This document shows, piece after piece, positions 1 through 15,869 of a stretch of DNA of 64,000 nt. A program made the position numbers and the translations under genes. Each line of letters starts with the position of its first letter. Positions within the stretch are counted from its first letter, which is position 1. The notes under the pieces were generated by a model. The model saw only the letters and a program-made list of their open reading frames with translations. It was not told the origin of the DNA and ran no database searches. Source of the DNA: the human T2T-CHM13v2.0 reference genome, Homo sapiens; NCBI RefSeq assembly GCF_009914755.1, contig NC_060929.1. One strand, written 5' to 3'.

Positions 1-650
<650 letters not shown>

Positions 651-654
651 TCAA

Positions 655-825
655 GTACTATGTTAAACTGTTTGCATTATTTATCATACACAGCTCTCAT
701 TGCAACCCCATTTCATAGATGAAGAAACCAACCCTGAGGCATATGAAGAGACTTGCAAGGTCACTCATTGAGTAATTAGCAGATCCAACAATAGAAGCCA
801 GGTCCATGGGCTTCCAAAGCCACAT
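655..825 (-). mobile_element. MIR SINE fragment
   Basis: Antisense MIR core CCCATTTCATAGATGAAGAAAC..CTTGCAAGGTCAC. Confidence 0.7.
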
Positions 826-2087
826 GGCTTCTTTAATTTTAAAATATATGCATAAATAGAATAAATAATGGAAAGAAGCCTCAAAAGATGAACTGATCCA
901 TGCCCTTGCCCTAGGTGAGCAATAAGATGACCTTGGACAGAACAAAAACTTACACTCAATGAGATCAAGGATGTAAATGCAAGCACGAAAACAACATTTC
1001 TGGAACTAATTGAGTTAAAGGCCAATTAAACGGCACTTCAGGAGCCCCACTGTCAGTGCAGTCTTGGCTGCTGTCCCAGCTCCCAGCACTAGGTCAGATA
1101 TCTTCAGGCCCTCATGTTCTCTCCCAGTCTCTGAAATGGGATAATAATATTTGTCCACCTGACCCATCTCACAAGGACCCAATTCAAAGACAAATGTAAG
1201 CAGCATTTTTAATGAGTAAAGCCTGTCCAAAAGAGTGGCATTATCATCACTTTGTAACCAAAAACAAGAAAAGCTACCAGACTGATTCGTTCCATCTTAC
1301 ATGGAAAAACCCTGCCTGTGGGGAATGAAGCATTTTGAACCATTCAAAACCAAGAACTCAGTCATCACAATTCACCATATTGAGTTGACTGCTAACTATA
1401 CGATTAACTCAAGAGAATGAATTCCTATTCTGGTTATAAACTAGTTTTTGTCATTTCTTTCTTGAAAGATATCCCAGCAGAGCTCTCAAATTCAGTTGAA
1501 TGTTTAAGTAACTTCAAAGGAGATATTTCTATTTATTCTGTTTAACCTAAGCCATATCACATTTTCTTTTAAATCAAAGTGTTTTTTGAAATTCTTGAGT
1601 TCTAGTTCTATGTAGGAGAGGCATAAGAGCGTTCATGTGGCCAGAAGGAGAGAGGGAGGGGACTTGAAACTATATTTGCATTAAAAAACACTTTTTTTGG
1701 TAATCAATTGTCCATGTCAAAGAAGAGAGAAAGGAGTTAAGTGGAGATCAGAAGACAGCAAACGTTTCTTCCAACTCAAGCCTTGATGCCAATTCTGTGC
1801 TGGAAAAGTCAGAAGGCATGGGTGTTTGCCTTGGTTTTGCACCCAAGTGCTCTGTAACTACAGGAAGCTTTTGGGGCCTCAGTTTCTTGTTAGGAAAATA
1901 AAGAAATAGAACTAGTTACCCTCTAAGGTCTTTTTCAGCTTAAAAATTGTGTAAACCTCTGAAGCAATTCTCCAATATATGATATAATCCATCTACTCAT
2001 TCCTGATCTGACTTTCTACTTTCGATGGTGTACAAAAAGGCCACTAGCACTAGATGGTCATCTAATAATCCCCTTTGAATGTACACC

Positions 2088-2503
2088 ATGTAGCAGAAGC
2101 CGTCAGGGCCCCCTACTTTTATCTCTTAGGCCCCAGAACTCCAGTATGAGTATCTGCATCTTTCTTCCTCAGGGCTGGCTTCATACTGCACCCTTTCCCC
2201 CAAGTGCCTGGAACAGCTTTCAACCAATGAGTGATGGCATTGATGAGAGTTGAGGTATCTCTAGCTCCCTCCTGCCCAGTGAGGGACCAGGCGTGATAAG
2301 AAAGAGGAAAGGATTCTGTATTTCCCCCAGGTCCAGCACCTCCTGGTCACTGGCTTGGTAACATGCCCTCTATCAGCTTCCTTTCCTTCCCTCTCCCACT
2401 TGCTCCACTCCACTAAAGCTGGTCTCTGTGATTCCCAAATAAATTGCTTGGCATTTGAGTCCTTGTCAATAAATCAGCTTCTGAGGGAATCCAAACTAAG
2501 ACA
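2088..2503 (+). mobile_element. ERVL solo LTR (LTR16-like)
   Basis: Begins TGTAGCAGA, has AATAAA, and ends GGGAATCCAAACTAAGACA as LTR16-type LTRs do. Confidence 0.65.
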
Positions 2504-3580
2504 CATTAAAATGGACATTTTAATTCCTAGCTAGTGAGGTTCCCAACTTCACCACTCTATGAGAATAAAGTAGTGTTCTCCAGCAAAAGTCCTTTGAATC
2601 ATACAATGCCTTTACAGGGAATTATAAAGACAAAGTTTATCTGAGCCTATAATCTATTCCTTAAAAGTGAGGCCCCTTGAGAGCCAGAGTATTAATCTAT
2701 GATTTACTTCCTTGATGTAGTCCACTGACTTCCTAGAATACACAATAGGGTAGACTCCTCAGCATCCATTATACCCGGAAAGTTAGTCTCCACTGATCAT
2801 GGCCATTCTATCCTTTTTGTCAGATATGTGACCAATCAGGAAACTATTAACTGGAGGGTATATTAATCGGGACTGGGTCCCCCCGTGAGTAACACATAAA
2901 CCTTAAACATGTTAAAGAAGTCTGAAGGTCATTGCCCAGACCTTGTGTGGTATTCCTTCTGTTTTGTTGACCCACCACACATTCCCAAAGTCACCTCATG
3001 CTCCAAGATTGTCAGTGGAGCTCCAGCCAACCAGCAAAAATGAAGAAAAAGCAAAGAAGAGAGTGACCCTTTCTTTACAGTTACTCTGCAAGTCTTCTTG
3101 TATCTCAGGGCTTAGAACTCAGGCACATGGCCATTCCTACCCATGATTTCAAAATTAACTGAAACAACATCTTTATCCTGGGCAGTCATGTGTCCAGCCA
3201 AGAAATGGGGCTTTTTGAGGAAGAAAGGGAAGATGAATATTGGGGGATAAGAAGCAACTCAGACACAGAAGTGTAGTCATTTGACGGAGTTCTTCACTCA
3301 TAAAGAAGAGGCACAAAAGAGATGATCTCTTTTCCTTATCTACATGTTTGGTGCAATGCCTCGAACTACTGCAGCCATCTTGTTATAAATCTGAGGATGA
3401 AGCAAACACCACAGTTCGCAGAGAAGAGAGATGAAAACAACAGCAATTCTTGATGATGTCATTGTGCTACAGAATTAATCCACCCTGAGGCTTTCCTGAA
3501 CTCAGATCCTATTATGTACTTATTAATTATTAATTAGAAAGTTACTTTATCTAGCTTTTTAGTAAATTTCTGTTGACTTT

Positions 3581-4510
3581 ATATTAGTTTTCTATTGCTG
3601 TTAAAACAAATGGTCGCAAACTTAGCTGCTTAAAACAACCCCCAGGGCAGTGAAACTACTCTGTTTGATACTATAATGGTGGATGCATGTCATTATACAT
3701 TTGTCTAAACCCATAGAATGTGCAACACAAAGAGTAAACCCCAATGTAAACTAGGGACTCTGGGTGATAGTGATGTGTCAGTATAGATTCATCAATTGTA
3801 ACAAATGTACTACTGTGGTTGGCAATGTTGATAACTGGGGAGGCAATGCATGTGTGGAGGCAGGAGGTATATAGGAAATCTCTGTATCTTCTGCTTAATT
3901 TTGCTGTGAACCTAAAACTGCTCTAAAATATAATGTCCAACTTAAAAAAAATGTATTCTCTCACAGTGTCTGTGGGTCAGAAGTCAGAAGTCTGGGCACA
4001 GTGTGGCTCTGCTGGTTCCTTGACTTCAGGTCTCACGAGACTGAAATCCAAGTGTTGGCAGGGCTGTGTTCCTTCTTGGAGGCTCTCGAGACAAATCTGC
4101 TTCCAGCCTTGTTCAGATTATTGGCCAAATTGTTCTACACCCTTTTAGGATTTAATCTCTATTTCCTTGCTCCATACTTCATTTCTAGAGACTGCCCGCA
4201 TTTCTTGGCTCGTGGCTTCCTCATCTTCAAAGCCAACAATTGCAGATGGAGTCCTTCTCACACTTCAAATCTCTCAGGCCTCCCCACCTGCCTCTTGTCT
4301 CTTACTGGTTCTACTGCCTTCTTCTAGTTAGGGTTCATGGAATTATATTGGGCCCACCTAGATAATCCAGGACAGTGTCTTTATACTGAGTTCAATTGAT
4401 TAGGAAACAGTTATATCCACAATGTCCCTTCACAGCTTTCTTTATACTAGCATTTGATTCACTAGAGGACAGAAATATTTAGGGGACAGCTTTAGAAATC
4501 TGCTTACCAT
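3581..4510 (-). mobile_element. MLT1 (MaLR) LTR interrupted by an L1MC 3' fragment
   Basis: ATTAGTTTTCTATTGCTG..ACAAAT..AAACTTAG..CTTAAAACAAC, resuming after 3940 with CTCACAG..TGTGGGTCAGAAGTC..TTGGCAGGGCTGTGTTCCTTC. Confidence 0.75.
3643..3935 (+). mobile_element. L1MC-type 3' end fragment nested in MLT1
   Basis: GGGCAGTGAAACTACTCTG..AAACCCATAGAATG..TTTTGCTGTGAACCTAAAACTGCTCTAAAA, characteristic of the L1MC1/2 3' UTR. Confidence 0.8.
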
Positions 4511-4994
4511 AAGTTTCTTAGAGCCCAAAACATCCTGATGAACACATCCTCATTGAGACTAAGAGAAAGGCTATATCTGCCTAGGTTGCCTCATTCACAA
4601 TGGGGTATTGAACTTAAAGGAACTGGCTCAGTGTTGCAAGTAACAGAATTAATACAAACCAATATTAATAAATAATAAGGACACTGGGAAACTGGCCCAA
4701 ATAATAGGGGAGACCTTTCTTCTTTGCTGTGTTATTTTGCAAAATCTGGCCATTTTGCTGCTTAAAATCATACTACTCCTTCATTTTCTCCTAACCTGAT
4801 GCTTTCTGACCAGATTGCAATGGGTTTTTTTGTTTACTTCAAATCCAATCCCCTAATTTACACATTTTTTTCTCTAAGAGGGATAAAACTAGTTAATACA
4901 TATTTTAAATACATATGTTATTGATTTCAAACCAGTGCCTAAAAATGTAGCTGCCTTCTAGCAAACCCTACTTTAAAAATACTTGCCTAGAAAA

Positions 4995-5073
4995 TACAAG
5001 AGAAAATGGAAAGAAAGAGTAGCAAAATGTGTACAAGAGAAAATGGAAAGAAAGAGTAGCAAAATGTGTACAA
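4995..5073. repeat. Perfect 37-bp tandem duplication
   Basis: TACAAGAGAAAATGGAAAGAAAGAGTAGCAAAATGTG starts at 4995 and 5032, with a third TACAA at 5069. Confidence 0.95.
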
Positions 5074-6033
5074 ATATTCTTGGAAAAATAGAATGAAGTG
5101 CAAATGTCTTTTCTGCAGAAAGTTACCTTTGATAAAATGTTATTGGCTAAAAAGTTTTCTCGGATCCTGATTAGCCTGTAAGTCCATCTCCCAGGTTTAT
5201 TCTCAATCTCAACTTCTGCCTTCATCCACAGTTAAATCTCTAAATTCTGGCCATGAGGGTATGTAGACATTACAGATACTGTTTTCCACTTTTGATAGAT
5301 AGAGCAACTAGGAAACCAAGGCATGAGGGGACTTGGACCATATGAAGTTAGTGGTGGGACCAGTGAGGTATTTACAGGTAGCACCATCTTTTAGGGGACC
5401 TTAGGCTTAAGCCATCCTTACTCCCCACCACTCTCAGTGTTTGCAGATCTGTTTTTCATTCAATTCTACAATTTGGCAGATTGGATCCAACAGTGATTTA
5501 AACGCTCCAAGACAGAGAATTGCTAGTCTCTGTGAGGCTATATCAGATGATAGCCTGAACTCCAAAGACATTAGGTCTGGAATTTTACATCCTTGGCTCT
5601 GGCTAGACAGAGCATATGGGCACTCTGCACTTTTCTCTCAGCATTTGGTTAAGAAACTAATTTTAGGCAATAAAGTTGCTGCTATAAACAAACAAAATTG
5701 TACTCGCCATTTATGGGGACTGTTATCTATAAATAAGACCTCTGAGCATTAATGATATTGGATATATGGCAAGACCTGTGGGGACAGTTTCATATTGCAA
5801 TAGCAGTGTCTTGGGATAAAAAATCAGTCCTGCTAATTTTTGTGCAGATGTGCAAAAAAATATTTAGCTCCTTTAGGTTATCTGTCGCTAATCTGGTTTT
5901 CCTTGAGAGTAACCCCACTCAACCAGAGGTTAGCAGAGAAAAATTAACAAAATATCCAACCCAATTTTAACAACAATTAAGATTTAATCATTTAGAAAGT
6001 CTCTTTAGGAAATGCCTAGTATCTTCTTGGGAC

Positions 6034-6938
<905 letters not shown>

Positions 6939-7705
6939 GGACAAAATGTTTGTCTCTCAGATAGCTTTCTCTTTCTAAGAAGGTATATGGATGGGTGGAG
7001 AAAGGACATGACTTTCATATCCTCATGGAAACAGGAAAGAGCCCGAGTCTGAGGAGGACAATGCCATTTGCCTCTGCTGGTCTGGAGGAGATGTCCCTTG
7101 TCCCTTGTCCACTCACCCAGTTTGACTGCTAACATTCATAGGCAAGTCTGCACTCACAGGATCTGGTCTCTCACCTTGATCAGAGCCCAGGGACTTCCAG
7201 ATGATTCAGCCTTTCCTTGGCTCCAACTGTCTGTCACCCCAGACATCTGTCATTTGCCTTATTTTGCCCCTGCCCCCCATCAGGTACCTATAACTGAGCC
7301 TCTGCTGCAAGGCCACCCAGGCCTACTGGCTGTCAGTTCAGCATCCATAACACTAGAAATGAGGTAGGCTCAGGAAATCTAAACATCCAATGTCAGGGGC
7401 TCTTCCTGCCACCTACAGAGCACCACCTAGTTTTTGGTCATGTGGTTACATCCTAAATTGGTTTGTAACTGCTGTGTCCTGGTGGAACAGACAATTGGAA
7501 TCCTTGCTCTTCTCTATCTCTATCCCTCCATGCTGTGCGCCCCTCATCCCCCATCCCTAACCTTCCCTCCATCCCCTAAGACTGTGCCTTAGTATCCAGA
7601 CAGGATGGGTTTATCATTCAGGGCCACGGCAGGAAACATAAGACACATTGAAATAAGAAGATTTGATATGTTTAATTATTTTCAAAGGTATGACAAAGTT
7701 TAGAG

Positions 7706-8077
7706 CAGTAACTCTCAGAATGTCGTCTGGCGACCTGAGACTCTTTCAGGGATCTGCAAGGTGAAAACTATTTTTATAATAATACTAAGATGTCATTTGC
7801 CTTTTTTATTTTTAGTCTCTCATAAGTGTACAGGGGAGTTTTCCAGAGGCTACAGCACATGTAATATCACAAAAGATTGAATGCAGAAGCAGATATGAGA
7901 ACCTAGCTGTCTTTTATAAACCAGACAGTAAAGTAAAATTATAAAACAATCCCAATCTTCTATTTTTTTGTTTTGAAAAATAGTCTTTGTAAAAAAAAAA
8001 AGTTATTCATGTTAACATGTAATGGTTTTATTATTGATATATCTAATGAATTAATACATAAATATTTTAAACTTCTC
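7706..8077 (+). mobile_element. hAT-Charlie (Charlie1-like) non-autonomous element, 5' part
   Basis: CAGTAACTCTCA..AAAACTATTTTTATAATAATACTAAGA..GATTGAATGCAGAAGCAGATATGAGAA matches the recalled Charlie1 5' portion. Confidence 0.7.
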
Positions 8078-8469
8078 TTTATACTGCCTAGAGAGCCAGG
8101 GAAGACTAGAAATTGTTATAGTAGAAATAGAAAGAAAAATATCAGTTTACTTTTTAGCTGCTGATGTGCAAAATAGAATTACACACCAGAAAAATAGTTT
8201 TGCTTACCAGGCCACTTTTTAAGAAGATTTTATAGGCTTTTATTTTCTCTTTAATATGTCAACAACCGAGCCTAAAGGGCTCAGGGTATCTTCCATCTGC
8301 CCCTGGAAGATTTACTCCCCATCCTTGTCCAGACTCCTCTTGGCAGGGGTGGGAGATCTGCATGGACCTCATCAGCAGCTCCCTAACCCTCCAGTTTGAG
8401 GTTGGGATCTGTCAAAGAGGAGCATCCTTGTCTCAGAGCTGTCTGTCCTGGCAGATGTCCTCTCTCCAA

Positions 8470-8570
8470 CAGAATCCTTTTACATTTAAAAACTATCGAA
8501 GATCCCAAAGTGCTTTTGTTTCTGTCGTATCTGTTGATATTTACTGTATTAGAAATTGATACTAAGAAAA
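8470..8570 (-). mobile_element. hAT-Charlie (Charlie1-like) 3' part, opposite orientation
   Basis: Reverse complement reads AATTTCTAATACAGTAAATATCAACAGATA..AAACAAAAGCACTTTGGGATCTTC, the recalled continuation of the 7706-8077 piece. Confidence 0.6.
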
Positions 8571-8599
8571 GATGCCACTAGGGTAGAATAGGTTTATTA

Positions 8600-10260
8600 C
8601 CTTAAAGATAGGGAAGACTTCTAATATTATGTAGGAAAAAAACTATTAAATGAAAGACTGGTAAGTGTAACTACACAAAATTTTAAATAATATACAACAA
8701 AGGGCACCATAAATGAATTTAAAGGTAAAAAACAAACAGTGAATAATATTTGCAAAATATATACCAGGCAGATTAAATACAGAAATTATAAAGAACTACT
8801 CAAATTGATAAGAAAAAGACAAATAACTCAACAGAAAATTAGGCAAAGGATATTAACAAGAAATTTGCAAAAGTGAAATCTCACCAGCAAAAAGAAAAAA
8901 ATGAGAATTTAAACACCACTAAAATATAGTTTAAAAAAATTATTCACAGGGAGTAACAAGATATAAAGTACTTTGATTAGCATCAGCTGTTGGTATAGGG
9001 GTGAGAAATGGATGTCACGGTCATTACTTATGGAAGCGTGAGTTGTTCAGCCACTTAATAGGCCAATTTGGCAACATCTACTTAAATGCACATAATTTAT
9101 GACTGCAATTCTACTGCTAGATATCTTTTCCATGTAACACTGCACAAACACTAGGAGATATGTATAAGGATTCTATTGCAGCATTGTTAGAAATAGCAGC
9201 AAGGGTTAATAATTACAAAAAGTGAAGGGAGAACTATGAATGCTCTTCAAGACAGAAATGTAACAAATTGGGATTTATTTACAAAATTCTATGTAGCAGT
9301 CAAAAAGAAAGGGATGGTTTGATATTTTTATATAAAAATGTTTACTAAAACATTGTTGAGCCAAAAAAAGCAAGCTACAAATTGATATTTACATTGTAAT
9401 AGCCCATTGGTATTAATAAATACATAAATTTGCAAATGAGAAATTATTGGTACAATAAAAAATAATACACCAGAACACATTGAGATTCATCTCCACGGTG
9501 GCAAAATAGTTCGACATTAGGAAATTTATTAAAATAATATCCCCTATTAATTGCTCAAATTATATCCAGTAATACTCAGAAGACATGGAACAGATTCAAC
9601 ATTATTTCCTAATTTAAAATTTAAAATCTTTGTAGATAGAGATGGATAATTCCTTAACATGATATGATAATATATGTATAAGACCCCAAAGCCAGTAATA
9701 TCCTTCATAGCAAAGCAATAAGAGAAGCAATCTTGTGCGTGTCAAGAACAAGACATATCATTAGGGAGACTAGATGTCAAATAAGGAAATGGCTACTTAA
9801 AAGTGTCTACATGAGTGAGCCAATGCATTTACATAAGAAAATGAAGTAAGATTTGTAAATGTTGGAAAGAACAGGAAAATTTTTCATGGCTTATTGATGA
9901 TATCATATGTACTTGAAAAACTCCAGAGAAAAAAATATAGAAACAATAAGAAAAGCCAGTAGGGGAGTCAGCAACAAAATTACAAAAGTCAGTCAATAGT
10001 TTATCAATAGCTTTCCTTCCTACAAATAAAAAGATTATAAAATAAAATAGAAAAAAAAACATTAAAAATAACCAAAAAATAAAAAACAAGTGAAAAAGGT
10101 TAAGATAAATCCAAGAGCTATATGAGGAAAGGTTTAAAACTCTATTGTGGGGCATGGAAAAAGACTCGAGTAAATGAAAAACGCCTGGATGGGGAGACTC
10201 AATATTGAATCAGCGCCATTTCTACTTGAATCCATTAAATCAATGTGATCCCAATCAAAA
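8600..10260 (+). mobile_element. Old L1M (L1ME-like) fragments
   Basis: A-rich degenerate ORF2 C-terminus/3' UTR (8600-9460) followed by an RT-region fragment (9470-10260). Confidence 0.65.
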
Positions 10261-10654
10261 TACTAGAAATTTTTAGAACTTTTTAAAATTTCAAAAATGT
10301 TTTAAACTTTAAAATTTGTGAAATTAAAAAAATTTTAAACCACTGGCTCTGTTTCTCTGGAAAACCATCACTAATTTAAAATTTATATACATACATAAAA
10401 TATATACATAACCCATGTGTGTCTTTGAGGCATCTGGAAAAAAGCACACCAGCTTGTTGGTGGCTTCCTCTGATATGTGGCACAGAGGACTTCTCACATC
10501 ACACTATTTTGAGCTGTCAGATTTTTATAACAACCATTTGTTGGCTTTATAAGAAAAACCTCTTAAAAACTGGGGGGATTTTTGGTTGTATTTTAAGATG
10601 ATACAGAAAAGCTTTAACATTGCTAACATATAGAATGAATTTATTATACAGCAC

Positions 10655-11015
10655 AATGTAGCAGGATAAACACAGGCTTGGCATTAGAAGGGCTGTGTCC
10701 AAATTCAGCTTTTACCCTTACTTACTCTCATTCATTCATGAAACCCATATTTACTGAGATACTAGTACCTCCGTGCCAACTCCTGGAATTCTAGCAGTGA
10801 ATGAGACAGAACAGACACTTCCCTCATGAAGCAAATAATTCCATTTACTAGTGTATCACTTAACCTATCTAGATTGCAATTTCCCTATCTGAAAAATGGA
10901 AATAGCAAAGACCACCTCCCAGATTATTGTGAAAATCAAATGAGTTAACATGTGTGAAAGCACCAAGCTAGTACTCATCATATTATAAGCATATAATATA
11001 TATTTGCTGAATGTG
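10655..11015 (+). mobile_element. MIR with an embedded antisense L2 tail
   Basis: MIR core TTTCCCTATCTGAAAAATGG..TTGTGAAAATCAAATGAGTTAA; L2 tail TTCATTCATG..ATATTTACTGAG at about 10730-10840. Confidence 0.65.
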
Positions 11016-11621
11016 AAGTAAGTACAGTCACAATTGACTTCACTACTCTGGGTTCTTGGTGAAAACTGAAAGACAACAAAACTACTTTTGTTTGAAAATA
11101 AATGATGGATAGATACCAATACTCATATACTCATTTCCCGAGGCGATATTGCTCCATTTTAAGAGTCAGCTAAGATAGAAATATTACTTTATTTGAGTGA
11201 ATTTGTCAGTGATCCGGTGAGCAAAAGATAGTTTTGATATATCAAATTGGCATATGTCATCACAAGAAGAAAGCTTTTGAGATGTGATCAGATTTGCTCA
11301 TTATTTGCCAGGTTCACATCGTGGAATTCCCAGCTTGAATCTATAAATGCAAAATGACAAAATTGGCATTCCATAATTTTGCTCAAATATTGACTAACCT
11401 GACTTTGATTTCAAAATATTTATTTTAAATGTATTCTAACAATCTTTATTTATGATATGATTGCAAATGATTTTGAAGCAATTATTTTTCATTGTCTTGC
11501 TCAACTAAATCGACAGTGAAAAGAGATCAATAAGAATATGAAGGGAAAGAGAGAATAGCTAATATTTACGTTGACCTCATTGAGAACAGTAAAGTTAATT
11601 GCTTTTATATTAATACAACTC

Positions 11622-12815
11622 TTTTAAATTGACACATCATAATTGTACATATTAATCGGGTACACTGAGATGTTTATATACATATACTTTGTGTAATAAC
11701 CAAATCACGGTATTTAGCATTTCCACCATCTCAAACATTCATGGTTTCTTTGTGGTGAGAACATTCAAAATCCTCTCTTCTAGCCATTATGAAATATAAA
11801 ATATTGTTAACTATAATCACTCTTCTGCACAGCAGCACACCAGAATTTGTTCCTTCTAGCTAACTTAGACCTTGTACCTGTTAAACTAATCTTTTTCCAT
11901 CTCCATTCCTCTCTCCCTTCCCCAGTTTCTGGTAATCACTATTCTACTCTCTACTTCTATGAGATCAGCTTTTTAAGATTCTGCATATGAGTGAAATCAT
12001 GTGGTATTTGTCTTTCTGTGCCTGGCTCACTTCACTTGACATAATGTCCTCCAGTTTCATCAACGTTCCTGCTAATGACAAGATTTTCTTCTTTTTATGG
12101 CTGAATAGTATTCCATTGTCTATTGTCCACATTTTCTTTATCTATTCATCTGTTGATAGACACTTAATTGATCCCATAGCTTGGCTACTGTGAACAGTAC
12201 TGCAATAAACAAGGGAGTTTATGGCAGATATCTCTGGCATACTGATTTCATTCCTTTTGTATACATACCCAGTAGTGGGATTACTGGATCGTATGATAGT
12301 TCTTTTTTGAGAAACTTTCTTACTGTTTTCCATCGTCATTGTACTAATTTGCATTCCCACCAACAGTGTATAAGAGTTCCTGTTTCTCCTCATCCTCACC
12401 AGCATTTGTTATATTTTGTCTTTTTGATGATAGCCTTTCTAACTGGAGTGAGGTGATAACTATTGCGGTTTTGATTTGCATCTCCCTAATGATTAGTGAT
12501 ACTGAGCATTTTTCATTTATCTGTTGGCCATTTGTATGTCTTCTTTTGAGACATGTTCATTCAGGACTTTGGCCCGTTTTTAAATTAGATTTTTTTTTTT
12601 TTTTTTTTTTGCTATTGAGTTCCTTATATATTCTAAATAACTCCTTGTCAGATGTATTGTTTGCAAATATTTTCTCCTGTTCTGTAGGTTTCCTTTTCCT
12701 CTGTTTTTTGTTTTTTTTTTTATTTTTTGCTGTGCAGAAGCTTTTTAGTTTGATCAAATCCCCATTTGTCTATTTTTGCTTTTTGCCTGTGCTTTCAGAT
12801 CCTTGTCCAGAAAAA
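11622..12815 (-). mobile_element. L1MA 3' end (ORF2 C-terminus plus 3' UTR)
   Basis: Minus-strand ORF fragment [10 protein letters not shown]...PTEQEKIFAN...; L1MA-type 3' UTR with ATAATTGTACATATT. Confidence 0.9.
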
Positions 12816-13579
12816 AACTATCAATATAACTTGTATATGTAATGACTGAAAAACATTTCAGTTTGGAAACCAGGTGGTCAACTTGAATTAAAGGTAACCC
12901 TTCCGTTTTACTGTAGTAGACGTGATAAAGAGGGATTGCATTTATTTCAGCCAAGGCATTGTTTTTTAGCGTTTTTGGATTATTCTTGTGATTCATTCTC
13001 TCTTGTAAGAATAAATCACAAGAATAATCCAAACTAAGTAAACAAACAACTAAGAAGATAAAAAGTAAAAAGAGTGACTTTTAAGGCAATAATTTCAACT
13101 TTCAAGCAAAAAAAATGCAACAAGAGGAACCAATAATTCAATTCAGCATACACATTCTGAGCACTTCAAAATGCAGAGAACTGTCCTAGGGGCTAAGCAG
13201 ACATAGAAATGAATGAAACCTAATCTTTGCCCTCACAGAGTATACATTCTAGAAAGGAAGCTAAGACACATGCATAAATAAGTATTTAATAAAAAATGAC
13301 ATATGTTCTAAGGGCTAGAGGAGAAATAGCTGCTTCTTAACATGTCCAAATCTGACCTTCTGAGCTTTCCCATCTAATCTATTTATCTGCAGGTTTCCCA
13401 ACCTCAGTTGATGGCAACTCCATCCTTCTAGTTTCTCAGGCTAAGCATATTTAATACATAAGAAAATTACAATGGCTCTATCTTCAAAATACATTTAGAA
13501 CCTGCCCAACTCTCATCAACTCTATTACTACCACTCTGGTCCAAGTCACTCTTATGTCTTGCCCAGATTACTGCAATAG

Positions 13580-13890
<311 letters not shown>

Positions 13891-14466
13891 TTACAATAGC
13901 TTTTGAATTGCTCTCTCCAGTTCTACTCTTATCACCCTGGAGCCTATTCTGAGCACAGTAACTAGAATGATCTTTTAAAGATGTAAAATACGTCATGTCA
14001 TGCTTATGCCCAAAACTCCCAATAGCTACTTATTTCACATAGTGTAAAAGTCAAAGTCCTTATAAGGGCTGACAAGACCCTACATAATCTGACCTCTCAT
14101 TTTTTCTCTGATTCTTCTCTACCACTACTCCTTGAATATACTAGGCCCACTTGTGCCTTAAGGTCTTTGCGATGGCCATTCCTCTATCTAAAATGCATTT
14201 CCTCAGGATATCTCCAGGCCCAATTCCTTTACAACCTTTAAGACTTTCACAAGTGTTTTCTTCTCAGCAAGGCCAACCATGACCACTCTATAGAAAACAG
14301 CAACTAGAACTCCCCTCCCATCACGACCTCTGCTAACTGCACTCTTGATCTTCTTCATCCTGTTCCTTTTCTTTTCCTTTTCATACTGTTTCTCACATAA
14401 AATCTAATTCTTACATTTTTTATGTTTATGGTTTCTTGTCTGCCTTCTGCCACTAAAAAGTAAGTT

Positions 14467-15087
14467 CCAGCAATCCCGTTTCTGGGTATATATCCAAAGG
14501 AAATGAAACCAGAGTATCAAAGACATATCTGCACTCCTGTGTTCATTGTAGCATTATTCACAATTGTCAAGATATGAAATCAGCCTATGTGTCCATCAGT
14601 GGATCAATAGGTGAAGAAAATGCAGCATATATACACAATAGAATACTACTCAGTCTTTAAAATGAAGGAAATCACATCATTTGCAACAAAATGGATGACC
14701 CTAGAGGACAGGGTCAACTTAAAAGTTGAATTTATGGAAATAGAGTAGAATGGTAGTTACCAGGGGCTGATAGGGGCTGGAGGGTCTTGGAGTTTGGGAA
14801 GATATTGGTCAAAGGATACAAAACTTCAATTAGGAAGACTAAGTTCAAGAGATCTATTGTACGACATGGTGACTATAGTTAATAGCAATACATTGTATTG
14901 CTGAAAATCACTAAGAGAGTAGATATTAAGTGTTCTCACCACAAAAAATAGTATGTGAGTTAAAGCATATGTCAGTTAGCTCAATTTCCCATTTCACAAT
15001 GTATATACATATTTCAAAACATCTCAATATACATAATAAATATATACAATTTTCATCAAGTAAAAGTAAATAAATAAATAAATAAAT
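14467..15087 (+). mobile_element. L1MA 3' end with (TAAA)n tail
   Basis: CCAGCAATCCC..CTGGGTATATATCCAAAGGAAATGAAA..AATAAATAAATAAA; degenerate TSD AGTAAG(G)TTC. Confidence 0.88.
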
Positions 15088-15869
15088 AGTAAGGTTCATG
15101 TGAGTGGTAATTTTGTTGGGTAACTGATGTATCCCAAGCTCCTAGAACATTGCCTGGCACATAGAAGTTTCACCATAAATATTTGGTGAAAAAATTAGAT
15201 GTTTAACAGATAGAAATTTAATTTAAGAAATATTTAATGAGTATATGTTATATTCAGGATTCTGAGTCAATCTGGAGCTAGAAGGAAAAGTTAAAGCTAT
15301 ATTTGAGAGCCATCAGAATAATCCTAATAGCTGAATATATATGTATGTATTGCCAGGGGGAAATCCATGAAGGCAAAAGAAGGCAATTACAGACAAAGCT
15401 TGGGTGTAGAAGGAAAATGAAAAAGGTTGATACAAAGGATTGTTGGAGAGCTCAGAATCACAAGCATGCCACTTCACAGAAAGGAAGGTTTTCAAGAAGA
15501 AAGGGGATGTTCAACAGTGTCAAATGCTGTAAAGAAAAGAGGAGGATAAGAACTGAGAAATGATAACTGGATTTGGTGATTACATTTCGAAAGCTACCAT
15601 GACCTTCAATAGAATAATTATTAAAGCAATTATCTCATAAAAAGTTTTACAATGCCTAGTTATAAAAATAGTGTGATGGACTCAGGAAAAGATTTTATTT
15701 GCTAAGTGAGAATGCCAAACATGCGTAAGAAACATTTTATAGTATAAGCAATCTTTATTAAATATTAAGCAATAAAAAAAATCTTAAAATATTTATACTT
15801 CATTGAAAATTCTTCATTTATTGGCCTCTTGAGTAGCAGTAAAAAGTAGAGGGCAGGCAGCATCTGTAC

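Noticed and set aside
4995-5073. CRISPR-like repeat (37-bp unit)
   Set aside because: Directly adjacent copies with no spacers, in primate DNA with no cas genes.
10262-10340. AT-rich quasi-palindromic stretch
   Set aside because: Low-complexity A/T runs give short inverted matches by chance; no long perfect stem.
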